The notes under the pieces were generated by a model. The model made no database searches. It was not told where the DNA came from and saw only the letters and a list, made by a program, of their open reading frames with translations. This document shows, piece after piece, positions 9,273-19,756 of a stretch of DNA of 56,337 bases. Numbering within the stretch: position 1 is the first letter of the stretch; each line of letters begins with the position of its first letter. The stretch is taken from IMG/VR virus record IMGVR_UViG_3300033993_002821, positions 1 to 56,337 of that record; one strand, given 5' to 3'. Made by a program: the position numbers and the translations under genes. The DNA is from a virus. Lineage: Duplodnaviria > Caudoviricetes.

Positions 9273-10157
9273 ATGAGCGGAAGCATCGATCTATCGGCGC
9301 TGCCGATCCCCGATGTGCTTGAGACTTTGTCTTACGAGCAGATCGTCGCGGATATGAAGGCGGCGGTGGCAGCGGCAATGCCGGAAATGGCCCCCGTTCT
9401 GGCGCTTGAGGCGGAACCGGCGGTCAAGGTGCTGCAGGTCTGCGCCTATTTCGTGATGCTGACCCGCGCCCGCGTGAACGACGCGGCGCGGGCCGTCATG
9501 CTGGCCCATGCGACCGGGGCCGACCTTGAAAACCTCGGGGCGCTGTTTGACGTGGTCCGCCTTGTGACGGACCCGGGCAACCCCTCTGCGGTGCCGCCGG
9601 TTGCCCCGACCTTCGAGACGGACACGGCGCTTCGCGCGCGAATCCAACTAGCGCTGGAAGGCTTCAGCACGGCGGGGCCGCGCGGGGCTTATCTGTTCCA
9701 TGCGCTGTCCGCAGATGGAGCGGTCCTGGACGCCGCGCCGTCCAGCCCGTCTCCGGGCGATGTCCTGGTGACGATCCTGTCAAGGGTCGGCAATGGGACG
9801 GCAAGTGCGGCCCTGCTGGCGGCAGTGACGGCGGCGCTGAATGCCGATGATGTCCGGCCGCTCTGCGACAACGTCGTGGTGCAGTCGGCAGGGATCGTCA
9901 CCTATAGCGTGACTGCGCAGCTTGAGTTCTTTGACGGGCCGGACCAGACGGTCATTCTGACAGAGGCGCGTGCTTTGCTGGACGAGTATATCGCAGACTG
10001 CCGCCGGATTGGTCGGGCGGTGCGGCGTTCCGGAATCCTCGGTGCGTTGCATCGCAAAGGTGTTTCGCAGGTCACGCTGTCTTCGCCCTCGGCGGACGTC
10101 GTGCCAACGGCGACACAGGCGGCCTATTGCACCGCCATCAGCGTGACGGCGGCCTGA
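9273..10157 (+). CDS. Baseplate J-like protein
   Basis: IDLSALP.P, RVNDAARA, STAGPRGAY, VRPLCD. Confidence 0.93.
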   Translation: MSGSIDLSALPIPDVLETLSYEQIVADMKAAVAAAMPEMAPVLALEAEPAVKVLQVCAYFVMLTRARVNDAARAVMLAHATGADLENLGALFDVVRLVTDPGNPSAVPPVAPTFETDTALRARIQLALEGFSTAGPRGAYLFHALSADGAVLDAAPSSPSPGDVLVTILSRVGNGTASAALLAAVTAALNADDVRPLCDNVVVQSAGIVTYSVTAQLEFFDGPDQTVILTEARALLDEYIADCRRIGRAVRRSGILGALHRKGVSQVTLSSPSADVVPTATQAAYCTAISVTAA

Positions 10158-10174
10158 CACCGGGGAACATCACA

Positions 10175-10744
10175 ATGCTTGAGGAAGATGGATACCTGCC
10201 CCCGGAAGCGGGGCGGGCGGAAAAGGCATTGGCGGCGGGTGTGGCGATTGTTGCACAGGTGCCGGTGCCGAACGCCACGCTGTGGAACCCTGCCACCTGC
10301 CCCGCCGCGCTGCTGCCCTGGCTGGCCTGGGCATTGTCGGTGGATGAATGGGACGGCACCTGGCCGGAAGAGCGGCAGCGCGCGGTGATCGCCGCCTCGG
10401 TCGCGGTGCACCGGCGCAAGGGCACGCGGGGCGCGGTGATCGCAGCGCTGGCGGCGGCGGGATACGGCACGGCCACGCTGATCGAGCGGTTCGGGCGCGA
10501 CTTTTACAGCGGCGGCAAGCTGCACAACGGCAGCATCGACCATGCCCCGGCGGATCACTGGGCTGAATACCGGGTGACACTGACGCGGCCCATCACCAAC
10601 GCGCAGGCCGACCGGGTGCGCAGCATCCTGGCCGCCGTGGCCCCGCTGCGGTCACGGCTGAAGCTGCTGAGCTACGTGGCGGTGGCGAACCTTTACGACG
10701 CCGGTATCCGGCATGACGGCACATTCAACCATGGGGCGGCCTGA
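10175..10744 (+). CDS. Tail protein I (P2 gpI)
   Basis: LWNPATCPAALLPWLAWALSVDEW, HRRKGT. Confidence 0.92.
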   Translation: MLEEDGYLPPEAGRAEKALAAGVAIVAQVPVPNATLWNPATCPAALLPWLAWALSVDEWDGTWPEERQRAVIAASVAVHRRKGTRGAVIAALAAAGYGTATLIERFGRDFYSGGKLHNGSIDHAPADHWAEYRVTLTRPITNAQADRVRSILAAVAPLRSRLKLLSYVAVANLYDAGIRHDGTFNHGAA

Positions 10745-11448
10745 TGGCAAACCTGACCGAAAACCCGGCCGTCTTTGAAAGCGGCATCTACCAGATTGAA
10801 ACCACCGACCCGGTGCTGGGCGGCGTGCCGAACGTTGCCACGGGCGCGGGCATGTCGAACATCCCGCACCTGCAACTGGCCAACCGCACGGCCTTTCTGA
10901 AAAAGGTCATCGACGACACCGGGCTGGGCGCTGCGGCGGTGCCGCTGGTGACGCTGAACTCTGCCGCCGCGCGGCTGACGGGCAGCTATCGCTTTGCCTC
11001 GGGCGATGCGAACACGCCCGCGTCGGGCGTGGCGGGCACGGTCGAGGTGATTGCCGCCAGCGCCAGCGCGGTGAACCAGACGGCGATGGACAGCGCGTCG
11101 TCCCGCATGTTCACGCGGTTCTGGAACGGCACGGTCTGGTCGGCGTGGTCGGAAATCTGGCGCACCACGGGGGCGGCGGAAAGCCTGTCCACAATCGGGT
11201 GGCAACGCCTGCCGAGCGGGCTGATCCTGCAATGGGGCACGGCCACAAACTCTGTGACGCCTGGCAATCCGACCACCGTGGCTTTCCCGATAGCTTTCCC
11301 AAACAACGTTTTCGCCGTCGTGCCCGTGCCGATCACGACCAACACCAGCGGCGTCTCGGCGTGGAGCAGCAGCATCGCGACCGGCTCATTCACGATGCGA
11401 GCCTCGCTCGCAAGCCTTGGCGTGCAGTACATCGCAATAGGAAACTGA
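10744..11448 (+). CDS. Short tail fibre protein
   Basis: IYQIETTDPVLGG...QLANRT N-terminus; GWQRLPSGLILQWG...FPIAFPN C-terminus. Confidence 0.85.
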   Translation: MANLTENPAVFESGIYQIETTDPVLGGVPNVATGAGMSNIPHLQLANRTAFLKKVIDDTGLGAAAVPLVTLNSAAARLTGSYRFASGDANTPASGVAGTVEVIAASASAVNQTAMDSASSRMFTRFWNGTVWSAWSEIWRTTGAAESLSTIGWQRLPSGLILQWGTATNSVTPGNPTTVAFPIAFPNNVFAVVPVPITTNTSGVSAWSSSIATGSFTMRASLASLGVQYIAIGN

Positions 11449-11449
11449 C

Positions 11450-11905
11450 ATGAGCACCCTCTTTTCCCCATCAACCGGATGGATCTACTCGACGGAGCTT
11501 CACGGCGGCGCAATCCCCGCCGACGCCGTGCCAGTCAGCGCCGAGGATTACGCGGCGCTGTTCGAAGGCCAATCGCAAGGCGCGCAGATCGTGCCCGGCC
11601 CCGGCGGTGCGCCGACCCTGCTTTGGCCCACCCCGCCCACGGCGGCGGAGCTGCTGGCGGCATGGCGCGCGGCCACGAAAGTTTCGGCCTTCCAGGCCAA
11701 GGGCGCCCTGCTGAACCGGGGCCTGCTGGATGAGGCCACCGCCGCCGCCACGGCGGCGGGCGGGCTGACCCTGCTGGCCTGGCAGACCGCCACCGAATAC
11801 GCCCGCCTGTCCCCCGCCATCGTCGCCCTGGCCCCGGCCATCGGCATCACGGACGCAGCTGATCTCGACGATCTGTTCCGCGAAGCCGCCCTCATTTCCG
11901 CCTGA
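11450..11905 (+). CDS. Tail fibre assembly chaperone
   Basis: FSPSTGW.Y...IPADAV.VS.E.Y..L..GQ..G..I. Confidence 0.8.
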   Translation: MSTLFSPSTGWIYSTELHGGAIPADAVPVSAEDYAALFEGQSQGAQIVPGPGGAPTLLWPTPPTAAELLAAWRAATKVSAFQAKGALLNRGLLDEATAAATAAGGLTLLAWQTATEYARLSPAIVALAPAIGITDAADLDDLFREAALISA

Positions 11906-11975
11906 AATCGACGCAGGCGCGTTTCCGATAAGCGGACCCGCGCCGCCCCATCCGTTAAGCATAGGAGACCCGGCA

Positions 11976-13667
11976 ATGGCCGATCCAGTCTTTGGACTAT
12001 CCATCACGCGCGTCGATAATGAGCCGCGCTCTCCCGTCTGGTCCGACCTGTCGGTCCTTGGCATCATCGGCACGGCTCCGGCGGCGGATGCGCTGCTGTT
12101 TCCGCTGAACACGCCTGTCATGCTGTTTTCGGACGATGCGGCAATGCTGACCGCGCTGGGTGAGACCGGCACCCTGAGCGACGCGATCCGGCTGGTGAAC
12201 GCCCAGCTTGGAGAGTTCCAGGCCTCGGCCCGCGTCATTGTCGTGCGCGTGGCCGAAGGCGTGGACGCCAACGCGACCATCGCCAATATCGTCGGCAACG
12301 GCACGACCACCGGCCTTGCCGCCTTCCTAGACGCGGGCGAGTTGCTGGGCTACACGCCGCGCCTGCTGGCCGCCCCCGGCTTCACCTCGCAGACGCTGAC
12401 CGGTGTCGGCCCCATCACCGTCACGACGCCCGGCACCGGCTATACCAGCGCCCCCACCGTGACCTTGACCGGCGGCGGCGGCACCGGGGCTGCGGCGACG
12501 GCGACCGTCACGAATGGCGTGAGCGCCATCGCCGTCACGGCGGCGGGCACGGGATACACCACCGCGCCGACGGTCACGCTGTCGGCCCCTCAGACCCCAG
12601 GCGGCACGCAGGCCACGGCCACGGCCACGGTTTCGGGCGGCATCATCACCGGCTACACGATCACCAATCCGGGCAGCGGCTATACCTCTGCACCGACCGT
12701 CACCCTGTCGGGACCCGGCTCGGGCGGGGTCGGCACCGCATCGATCACGGGCCGCGTGTCGGCCATCACCGTGACCGCGCCGGGGTCGGGCTATACCTCG
12801 GCACCCACGGTCGGCTTTACCGGCGGCGCGGGCACGGGGGCGGCGGCTACCGCCACCACGGCCCTGCTGGCAAACGGGGTCTGTGCGGCCCTTCCGGCGA
12901 TCTGTTCGGCGCTTCTGGCCCATGCCGTTGTTGACGGCCCTGCCACCACGATGGCCGCCGCCCAGGCATGGCGCGGCACGCTTGCCTCGACCCGCGTCAT
13001 CGCCATCGACCCTGCGGTCAAGGTGCTTGAGGGGACGACGGTTGTGACGCAGCCCATGTCGCCCGCGATCCTTGGAATCGCGGTACGGCGCGATCACGAA
13101 AAGGGCGGGTTGCCGTTCCATTCCTGGGCGAACCAGCCGGTCTATGGCATCGTCGGGCCGTCGCGCCCGATCCGGTTCTCGCTGCTGGACGGCAACACCG
13201 AAGGCCAAAGCCTGCTGGCCGCCAATGTCGGTATCCTGATCCGGTCCGAGCGCGGGTCGGACGGCAGCCTGACGGACGGCGGGTTCACCTTCATCGGCAC
13301 CGACAACGCGGGCACGGATGACCTCTGGCGCTTCTACAACGTCACGCGCGGGCGCGATTTCATCCACCTTGCGCTGATCAAGACGCTTCGCTTCTACCTC
13401 GGGCGCTACAACATCACGAAGCAGACGGTCCAGGCCGTGCTGAACACGATGGAGACCATCCTGCGCGACCTGAAGGCGTCGGGGGCCATTCTTGGGTACA
13501 AGGTGGAATTCCGCGCCGACACGAATAGCCCTGAGAACATCCGGGCCGGGCGGATCGTGGTCAGCTTTGAGGCCGAAGAGGCCCCGGTGCTGCGCCACAT
13601 CGGAATCCAGAGCGCGCGCAGCCGCACGGCGGTCGATGCGCTGATCTCCGAACTGGCTGCGGCCTGA
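11976..13667 (+). CDS. Tail sheath protein with internal repeat insertion
   Basis: [40 protein letters not shown]. Confidence 0.92.
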   Translation: MADPVFGLSITRVDNEPRSPVWSDLSVLGIIGTAPAADALLFPLNTPVMLFSDDAAMLTALGETGTLSDAIRLVNAQLGEFQASARVIVVRVAEGVDANATIANIVGNGTTTGLAAFLDAGELLGYTPRLLAAPGFTSQTLTGVGPITVTTPGTGYTSAPTVTLTGGGGTGAAATATVTNGVSAIAVTAAGTGYTTAPTVTLSAPQTPGGTQATATATVSGGIITGYTITNPGSGYTSAPTVTLSGPGSGGVGTASITGRVSAITVTAPGSGYTSAPTVGFTGGAGTGAAATATTALLANGVCAALPAICSALLAHAVVDGPATTMAAAQAWRGTLASTRVIAIDPAVKVLEGTTVVTQPMSPAILGIAVRRDHEKGGLPFHSWANQPVYGIVGPSRPIRFSLLDGNTEGQSLLAANVGILIRSERGSDGSLTDGGFTFIGTDNAGTDDLWRFYNVTRGRDFIHLALIKTLRFYLGRYNITKQTVQAVLNTMETILRDLKASGAILGYKVEFRADTNSPENIRAGRIVVSFEAEEAPVLRHIGIQSARSRTAVDALISELAAA

Positions 13668-13743
13668 CGACGGGCCGGGCGGCAGCACGCCGCCCGGCTC
13701 GCCTTCCCTCACCATTCCCCCATCCCTCGCAGGAGACACGACC

Positions 13744-14259
13744 ATGCTGATCATGGAGGCCGCCAACCTGTTCTGCGGCGACGACGACCCGACCGCGTCG
13801 AAGCACCTTACCCTGTCCGAACTCGCCCTGCCGGTGCTGCAGGAAATGTTCGCCGACCATCACGCGGGCGGGTCGCGCGTGCAGATCGAAATCCCCGTCG
13901 GCGTCCAGAAGCTGGAACCGACCTTCAAGCTGGTCGGCAACGATCCGGCGCTTCTGTCGATGTTCGGGCTTGGGTCGTCGGCAACCAAGAAGTTCACCGC
14001 CTATGGCGTTCTGCGCGACAAGCGGACGGGCGTGGCCCAGCAGGCCAAGGCCATCATGGAAGGCCGGCTCGGCAAGATCGAGGCCGAAACCTTCAAGCGC
14101 GGCGAGTTGCAGCACCACGACTATGCCATCAACGCTGTGGTTCACTATGAGCTGTGGATCAACAATGCCGAGAAGGTCTTCTGGGACTTCTTCTCTGCTG
14201 ACTGGCGGATCGACGGCGTGGCGCAGAACGCCGAAGAGCGCAGCCTGCTGAACATCTGA
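13744..14259 (+). CDS. Tail tube protein (P2 FII-like)
   Basis: Follows sheath; LPVL...HHAGG, EGRLGKIE...FKRGE. Confidence 0.88.
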   Translation: MLIMEAANLFCGDDDPTASKHLTLSELALPVLQEMFADHHAGGSRVQIEIPVGVQKLEPTFKLVGNDPALLSMFGLGSSATKKFTAYGVLRDKRTGVAQQAKAIMEGRLGKIEAETFKRGELQHHDYAINAVVHYELWINNAEKVFWDFFSADWRIDGVAQNAEERSLLNI

Positions 14260-14270
14260 CAGGGCAGATC

Positions 14271-14612
14271 ATGATTGAAACAAACCGGCAGTTTCCGCTG
14301 GCCTTCCCTGTCGAGGTGGATGGCACGCGGTACGAAACCGTGACGCTGCACCGGGCGCGGGCGCGCGATCTGCGCGACATTGCCGTCCTTCGACGGTCTC
14401 TTGGCGAGGTTGAACAGGACGGCTTCGACCTGATGATCCAGACGCTGGCGGTTCTTGCACGCGTACCGGCGGCGGTGATCGAGGAAATGGACGGTCAGGA
14501 CTTCAACGACCTTTCCGAGGTCGTTGAGGATTTTTTGCCCGGCTCGGGTTCGATATCGACGACGACCCCGGGCGCTGGCGAAGCATCGTCGCCGACTGCG
14601 CCTTCTTCCTAA
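14271..14612 (+). CDS. Tail assembly chaperone (gpE-like)
   Basis: L.FPVEVDG....VTLHR.RARD, IEEMDGQDF. Confidence 0.85.
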   Translation: MIETNRQFPLAFPVEVDGTRYETVTLHRARARDLRDIAVLRRSLGEVEQDGFDLMIQTLAVLARVPAAVIEEMDGQDFNDLSEVVEDFLPGSGSISTTTPGAGEASSPTAPSS

Positions 14613-14710
14613 GTACGCCGATCACGGCATTCGATGACATGCCGTGGTCGGACGTCCTTGCATGGCATCAGGAGGCCATACGGCTGAACAACGCCAGAGC
14701 GCAAAGGTAA
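14531..14710 (+). CDS. gpE' extension via -1 frameshift at TTTTTTG
   Basis: Slippery site 14531-14537; the -1 frame is open to TAA 14710 and encodes IVADCAFFLSTPITAFDDMPWSDVLAWHQEA. Confidence 0.8.
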   Translation, partial: FFARLGFDIDDDPGRWRSIVADCAFFLSTPITAFDDMPWSDVLAWHQEAIRLNNARAQR

Positions 14711-14717
14711 GACAGAG

Positions 14718-16991
14718 ATGGCGATCCGGTCCTCAAGCATCATCGTTGAACTCCTGGACCGGGTGAGCGGCCCGGCCCGCCGCGCGGCAACGAGCCTGCG
14801 CGGGCTTGGCAAGAGCGCGCGCGACCTGCCCTCTGCGGTGAACGTTGGAACCCGCCTGGACGCCGCCATGGCGCGCAACGCGGCGGCGATGGGCCGTGCC
14901 CGGCTGGGCGTTGTGGACGCGGTTGCGACCTACTATGCGCTGGACGCGGCGATTGGCGCGCCAATCCGCACCGCCGCTGCCTTTGAGACGCAGCTGGAAG
15001 ACATCGGGCAGAAAGCCGGGATTCCGGTTGAGCAGTTTGCCGCGCTGGGCCGCCGAATCCAGCAGGTCGGGCGGGATACCAACCAAGCCTCGTCGCAAAT
15101 CGCCTCTGCCGTCGATGCTATGGCCTCGCGCGGGGCCGACATCGACACAGCGCTTACGGTTGCCAACCCCATCGGGAAAGCCGCCACGGCCTATCGGGCC
15201 AGCACCGAGGATATGGCCGCCGCCGCATGGTCTGCGGTCGATAACCTCAAGGTGCCCGCTGATCAGGTCGGCCGGGCTATCGACATGATGGCATTGACCG
15301 GCAAGGAAGGTGCCTTTGAACTGCGGGACATGGCGCAGTATTTCCCCGCGCTGGGCGCGGCCTATCAGGGGCTGGGCCAGAGCGGCGTAGAAGCCGTTGG
15401 CGACCTTGCCGCTGCGCTGCAGGTGGTGCGCAAGGGCACGGGCGACAGCGCCAGCGCGGCGACCAATCTGCAGAACGTCCTTCAGAAGATGAGGTCGCCC
15501 ACGACCGTCCGGGCCTTCAAGCGCATGGGCGTGTCCTTGGAGCAGGAACTGGCGGGCGCGGCAAAGCGCGGCCTTACCCCTATCGAGGCGATTGCCGACG
15601 TGACGGCAAAGACCTTGGACGGCGATCTGTCGAAGCTGGGCTACCTGTTCGAAGATGCACAGGTCCAGGCCGGGATGCGGTCGCTTATCCAAGGGATGGA
15701 CGAATACCAGCGCATCCGCGACAAGGCGTTCCGTTCAAAGGGCGTCGTTGACGCCGATTACAACCGCCGCATCGAGACCGCCAATGGGGCGATGGAGCGC
15801 TGGGCCGCGACGACAGAGCGGTTCCAGATCAGCATCGCGGCGGCGCTTCTTCCCGCGCTGTCCGACGTTCTGGATACGGTGACGCCGATGATCGACAAGA
15901 TCGGTGAGCTTGCGCAGGCGCATCCCGACCTTACCGAGAAGGCCCTGCTTGCCGCCGGGGCGCTTGTGTCGCTGAAGGTGGCGGCGGCGGGGCTCAGTTT
16001 CTTCAGTCTGCTGGGGAAAGGCGGGGCGCTGTCCATGCTGGCTGCGGGATTGAAGGGGGTTGGGGTTGCCGCTGCCGCGTCGGCAACCGTGGTAGAGACA
16101 TCTGCCGCGCGGATGAAGCGTGCCTTCGGTGTCGGGGGTCTGGGGCGGATGGCCCTGAAGGGCACCGCCATTGGAAGCGCCGTGTATCTGGGCCTTAGCC
16201 CCAAGCCCGCCAACGTCGGGCCGAACGGCGAAACCGAAGACCAGATGCTCGACAAAAGTACGGCTGTCATGGCCGCTCTTTCAGACGCGGAGCGGAAGGC
16301 GCTGCACGACGCGGAACAGGCCCGCGCGATGGCGGGTATCTCTGTTCCTTTGGTCGCGACTGACCGGCGCATTGCGAACCTGAAAGAAGACGCAGCTGCG
16401 CTGCGCGAGTACATCGCCGAAATCCAGGCCGAGATTGACAACGTCGGCATCGGGCCTTTGACCGACCAGCTGACCGCCCCGATGCGCCAAAGGCTGGACG
16501 CCGAACAGGCCAAACTTGACGCGGTGACGGCGGAACTGCAGGCGGTGCAGGCGGAGGTCGAGACGACCGGCTCGGCGATCAGCGGTCTGGCCGGGATCAA
16601 CCCCGCCATCCGGATTGACATGACCGCCCTGGACGCGGCGCTTCGGAAGGTTGTTCAAATCCGCGCCGGGCTGGGCGGGTTGGGCGGCACGCCGCCGTCG
16701 GACGGGACGAATGTGCCGGCGGGAGCGCGCGCCAAGGGCGGCCCGGTTTCGCCGGGCCGGACCTACCTGGTAGGCGAGAGGGGCCCGGAGCCGTTCACGC
16801 CTACGCGGTCGGGCTATGTGCATCCGGCGGGTGCGGGTCGCGGGTCAACGCCGGTGACCGTTGCCCCGGTCTTTTACATCACCGGAGGGTCCGGCGCGTC
16901 CGCCGAGACAATTGCGGACGAGGTGATGCGCCGAATGGAAAAGTCGGTTGCCGCCGGAATGCGCGGGGCAATGGCGGATGTAGGAGGCTAA
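14718..16991 (+). CDS. Tape measure protein
   Basis: 757 aa Ala-rich; GKEGAFELRDMAQYFP; C-terminal RAKGGPV...YLVGERGPE. Confidence 0.93.
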   Translation: MAIRSSSIIVELLDRVSGPARRAATSLRGLGKSARDLPSAVNVGTRLDAAMARNAAAMGRARLGVVDAVATYYALDAAIGAPIRTAAAFETQLEDIGQKAGIPVEQFAALGRRIQQVGRDTNQASSQIASAVDAMASRGADIDTALTVANPIGKAATAYRASTEDMAAAAWSAVDNLKVPADQVGRAIDMMALTGKEGAFELRDMAQYFPALGAAYQGLGQSGVEAVGDLAAALQVVRKGTGDSASAATNLQNVLQKMRSPTTVRAFKRMGVSLEQELAGAAKRGLTPIEAIADVTAKTLDGDLSKLGYLFEDAQVQAGMRSLIQGMDEYQRIRDKAFRSKGVVDADYNRRIETANGAMERWAATTERFQISIAAALLPALSDVLDTVTPMIDKIGELAQAHPDLTEKALLAAGALVSLKVAAAGLSFFSLLGKGGALSMLAAGLKGVGVAAAASATVVETSAARMKRAFGVGGLGRMALKGTAIGSAVYLGLSPKPANVGPNGETEDQMLDKSTAVMAALSDAERKALHDAEQARAMAGISVPLVATDRRIANLKEDAAALREYIAEIQAEIDNVGIGPLTDQLTAPMRQRLDAEQAKLDAVTAELQAVQAEVETTGSAISGLAGINPAIRIDMTALDAALRKVVQIRAGLGGLGGTPPSDGTNVPAGARAKGGPVSPGRTYLVGERGPEPFTPTRSGYVHPAGAGRGSTPVTVAPVFYITGGSGASAETIADEVMRRMEKSVAAGMRGAMADVGG

Positions 16992-16995
16992 GGCC

Positions 16996-17424
16996 ATGCT
17001 CATGATGATCGGCCCCGTGCGGCTGAAGATCGCCCCGTTCAACGCGACGGAGGCAACCTTTACGCACGGGGCGGATTTTGCCGAAAAGCCCGTCATGGGC
17101 ACGCGCCCCCCTTTGGAATATGTCGGCGACGGCAGCCAGTCCTGGACCATTGCCGCGCATCTTTTCCCGGAACGGTTCGGCGGCGAGAGCAACCTTGTCG
17201 TTCTCCGGGCAATCCGCGGTATCCCGCAATACATGATGCGGGGCGATGGGTCGGTCATGGGATGGGTCGTCATTTCCCAGGTCACCGAGCGGTCATCTTA
17301 CTTTGACAAGCGGGGCCGTGGCCGTGTGATCGACGTCGATATCACCCTGCGGCGGGCGAAAGCACCGAGTCCGGCCGGTTTCTTTGCGGCCCTCGCGCCC
17401 ATCTTCGGGGGGGTGATCGGATGA
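16996..17424 (+). CDS. Tail protein, P2 gpU-like
   Basis: FAEKPVMG.RPPLEYVG, MRGDG..MGWVVI. Confidence 0.88.
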   Translation: MLMMIGPVRLKIAPFNATEATFTHGADFAEKPVMGTRPPLEYVGDGSQSWTIAAHLFPERFGGESNLVVLRAIRGIPQYMMRGDGSVMGWVVISQVTERSSYFDKRGRGRVIDVDITLRRAKAPSPAGFFAALAPIFGGVIG

Positions 17425-17654
17425 ACATCCTGACAACCGAGCGGATCGTTGTCTCCGGCGAAGACATCACCCTGTCGACGCTGATCTGGCGGCGCTTCCG
17501 GCGGCCCATGCCGGGGCTGGCGGAGCTGACCCTTGACCGCAACCCCGCCCTGTCGGGCCTTGGCGTGGTTCTGCCCGTCGGGACGTCTTTCGACCTGCCC
17601 ATCCCAATGACTGCAGACGAGCCGGAGACCCTTGAGGTCGTGCGGCTCTGGTAG
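17421..17654 (+). CDS. Tail protein X (LysM-like)
   Basis: NP.L...GVVLPVGT...LP; ends VVRLW. Confidence 0.88.
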   Translation: MNILTTERIVVSGEDITLSTLIWRRFRRPMPGLAELTLDRNPALSGLGVVLPVGTSFDLPIPMTADEPETLEVVRLW

Positions 17655-17666
17655 GAGCCACGGCCC

Positions 17667-18677
17667 ATGTCCGACCGCGCCCGCGTTGACCTGCTGATCG
17701 GCGGGGCCAGCATCTTTGCCGGGCTTGCCGAACGCCTGACGGCGGTTTCGGTGGCGCTGCACGGCGACGGGCGTGCCGACACGGCCTCAATCTCTCTGGA
17801 CGATTCCGGCGGGGTGATCGTGCTGCCAAAGGCCGGTGCCAAGCTGGTTGTTCAGTTGGGGTGGGCCGGTGCGGGGATTCGCCCGGTTTTCTCCGGTACG
17901 GTTGACGAGGTTCGCTCTACAGGTGGCCGGAGCGGCGGTCGGGTCCTGAGCATCACGGCAAAGGGGTTTGACGCCACGGGCGGAGCCAAGGGCCAGCAGC
18001 GCCGCGCGTGGGATGACAAGACCGTCAAGACCATTCTTACCGAGGCCGGCACGGCTGCGGGGATCACCGAGGTTTCGGTTGACCCTTCTTTGGCAGACCG
18101 GGCGATCAACTACTGGTCGATGCTGGACGAAAGCTTTCTGCACATGGGCCAGCGCCTTGCGCGCGAGATCGGCGGTCGTTTCCGGGTCCAGGGGAACGAG
18201 GCGGTCATGTCGTTGCGCGGCGCGGCCTATTCGCCGAGGGTGACGGCGGCCTACGGGATCAACCTGCATTCTTGGGACATTGCTCCGGTCCTGTCCCGGG
18301 ACCGCTTCGGCAAGGTCCGCGCGCCCTGGTACGACAAGGCGGCGGCGGCGTGGAAGCATGTCGAAGTCGAGACGGGGGTCGAAAGCGACGCCGTGGCCAC
18401 GTTGCGCGAGACAAGCACGACAGAGGCCGAGGCGCGCCGCCGCGCAGAAGCGCGGGCGGCCAGCATCAAGGAAGCGACAGGCGAGGGCTCGGTTCGGATC
18501 GAGGGGGACACCGGGGCGGTGCCGGACGCGATCTGCGTGCTGACAGGCGCGCGGCCCGGCGTGGACGGATCGTATCGCATCGCCGCCGTTACCCACAGCT
18601 ACAGCCGCGCAGGCGGTTTTACCACTGACCTTGACCTTGCGCAGCCGCAAGACGGATCGGGCGAGGACGACCGATAG
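17667..18677 (+). CDS. Baseplate hub, P2 gpD-like
   Basis: D.ASISLDD, LGW, F.G.VDEV, ESF..M.QRLA. Confidence 0.88.
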   Translation: MSDRARVDLLIGGASIFAGLAERLTAVSVALHGDGRADTASISLDDSGGVIVLPKAGAKLVVQLGWAGAGIRPVFSGTVDEVRSTGGRSGGRVLSITAKGFDATGGAKGQQRRAWDDKTVKTILTEAGTAAGITEVSVDPSLADRAINYWSMLDESFLHMGQRLAREIGGRFRVQGNEAVMSLRGAAYSPRVTAAYGINLHSWDIAPVLSRDRFGKVRAPWYDKAAAAWKHVEVETGVESDAVATLRETSTTEAEARRRAEARAASIKEATGEGSVRIEGDTGAVPDAICVLTGARPGVDGSYRIAAVTHSYSRAGGFTTDLDLAQPQDGSGEDDR

Positions 18678-18693
18678 AGAAAGGTGCCGAAGC

Positions 18694-19023
18694 TTGGACC
18701 AGAATGACCCAAACCTGTTTCGAGAGGTATTCTCGCCGCTGGCCGTCACGCTTGCCTTCTTTGGCGGTCTGGGCGGGCTGATCCGCGCGCTTGTGCTGCG
18801 TGTGCGGGTTGGCGAAACGATCCGCGTGATCGTCGTCGGGGCGGGCACGGCTTTTGGTCTAGGGACCGTGTCGCCCTACGTCCTCCGGTTCCTGATCGGA
18901 GATCTGCCGCAGGGACTTGGGTCGGCCTTCGGAACGCTTTGCGCCTGCGCCTTTGTGGTCGGTCTGATTGCGGTGGCGCTGGTGGAGCGCCTGATCGCCC
19001 AGACAAAGGACCGTGCCCCATGA
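18694..19023 (+). CDS. Putative holin (3 hydrophobic segments)
   Basis: TTG start after GAAAGG; hydrophobic helices; precedes endolysin. Confidence 0.65.
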   Translation: MDQNDPNLFREVFSPLAVTLAFFGGLGGLIRALVLRVRVGETIRVIVVGAGTAFGLGTVSPYVLRFLIGDLPQGLGSAFGTLCACAFVVGLIAVALVERLIAQTKDRAP

Positions 19024-19169
19024 CGGTAAAGCCCGACAATGGTCCGGCAGTTCCGCGGTTCTCGCTGCGTCGCGACAAGCGGAGTCCGAAATCTGATTTC
19101 TGGTACACGCTGGCTTGGGGTGGGGTCGTGGCGGCTGTGCTCTTCGCAATCCTTCCCGCAATCATGTGA
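19020..19169 (+). CDS. Small membrane protein (possible antiholin)
   Basis: 49 aa with C-terminal TM segment; ATGA overlap. Confidence 0.5.
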   Translation: MTVKPDNGPAVPRFSLRRDKRSPKSDFWYTLAWGGVVAAVLFAILPAIM

Positions 19170-19177
19170 GGACGCCA

Positions 19178-19699
19178 ATGCAGGTGAAACCGCTTCTCGA
19201 TTTTATCGCGGAACATGAATCCGAGTCTGCAGCCAAACGTCTAAATGTCAGCGCTTATAACGTGGTGTGGAACGGCATCCAGCCCAGGCATCGCCCGCCG
19301 AAACCTTTGTGCACCATGACCGTCGCGGAAGTCTTGGCGTGGCAGGATAGCATTGATCCGCTCTACCCCTCTGAGGCGGCGGGCCGCTACCAGATCATGG
19401 AAGACACGCTGCGTGTCACGGCTCTTGCCGCTGGCGTGAAACTGACCGACCGCTTTGATGAAAGAACGCAGGACAATCTGGCTGTGCATCTGATGCGGGG
19501 CAGGGGGCTGAACTTCTATCTCAATGGCGAGATCACCGCCGAACAATTCGCCAATCAACTCGCCCGTGAGTGGGCGTCCCTGCCGGTCGTGTCAGGCCGG
19601 AAAAAGGGTCGGTCTTTCTATGATGGTGACGGGCTGAACAAGTCGCTTGTGTCCGTGCAGCCGTTCCTTGCCGCAGTGCGCGCCATACTGCGCGGCTAG
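19178..19699 (+). CDS. Endolysin, lambda R-like lysozyme/transglycosylase fold
   Basis: LLDFIAEHES, AAGRYQI, F...TQD.LA, EWASLP. Confidence 0.85.
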   Translation: MQVKPLLDFIAEHESESAAKRLNVSAYNVVWNGIQPRHRPPKPLCTMTVAEVLAWQDSIDPLYPSEAAGRYQIMEDTLRVTALAAGVKLTDRFDERTQDNLAVHLMRGRGLNFYLNGEITAEQFANQLAREWASLPVVSGRKKGRSFYDGDGLNKSLVSVQPFLAAVRAILRG

Positions 19700-19756
19700 G
19701 GCCGGATCGATCATCGAACCTTATAGCGGCGGGCGTTTCAAAGAACGAGGTGTGAC

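Noticed and set aside
10744-11905. Diversity-generating retroelement or invertible fibre cassette
   Set aside because: No reverse transcriptase, template repeat, small invertase or inverted fibre copy seen
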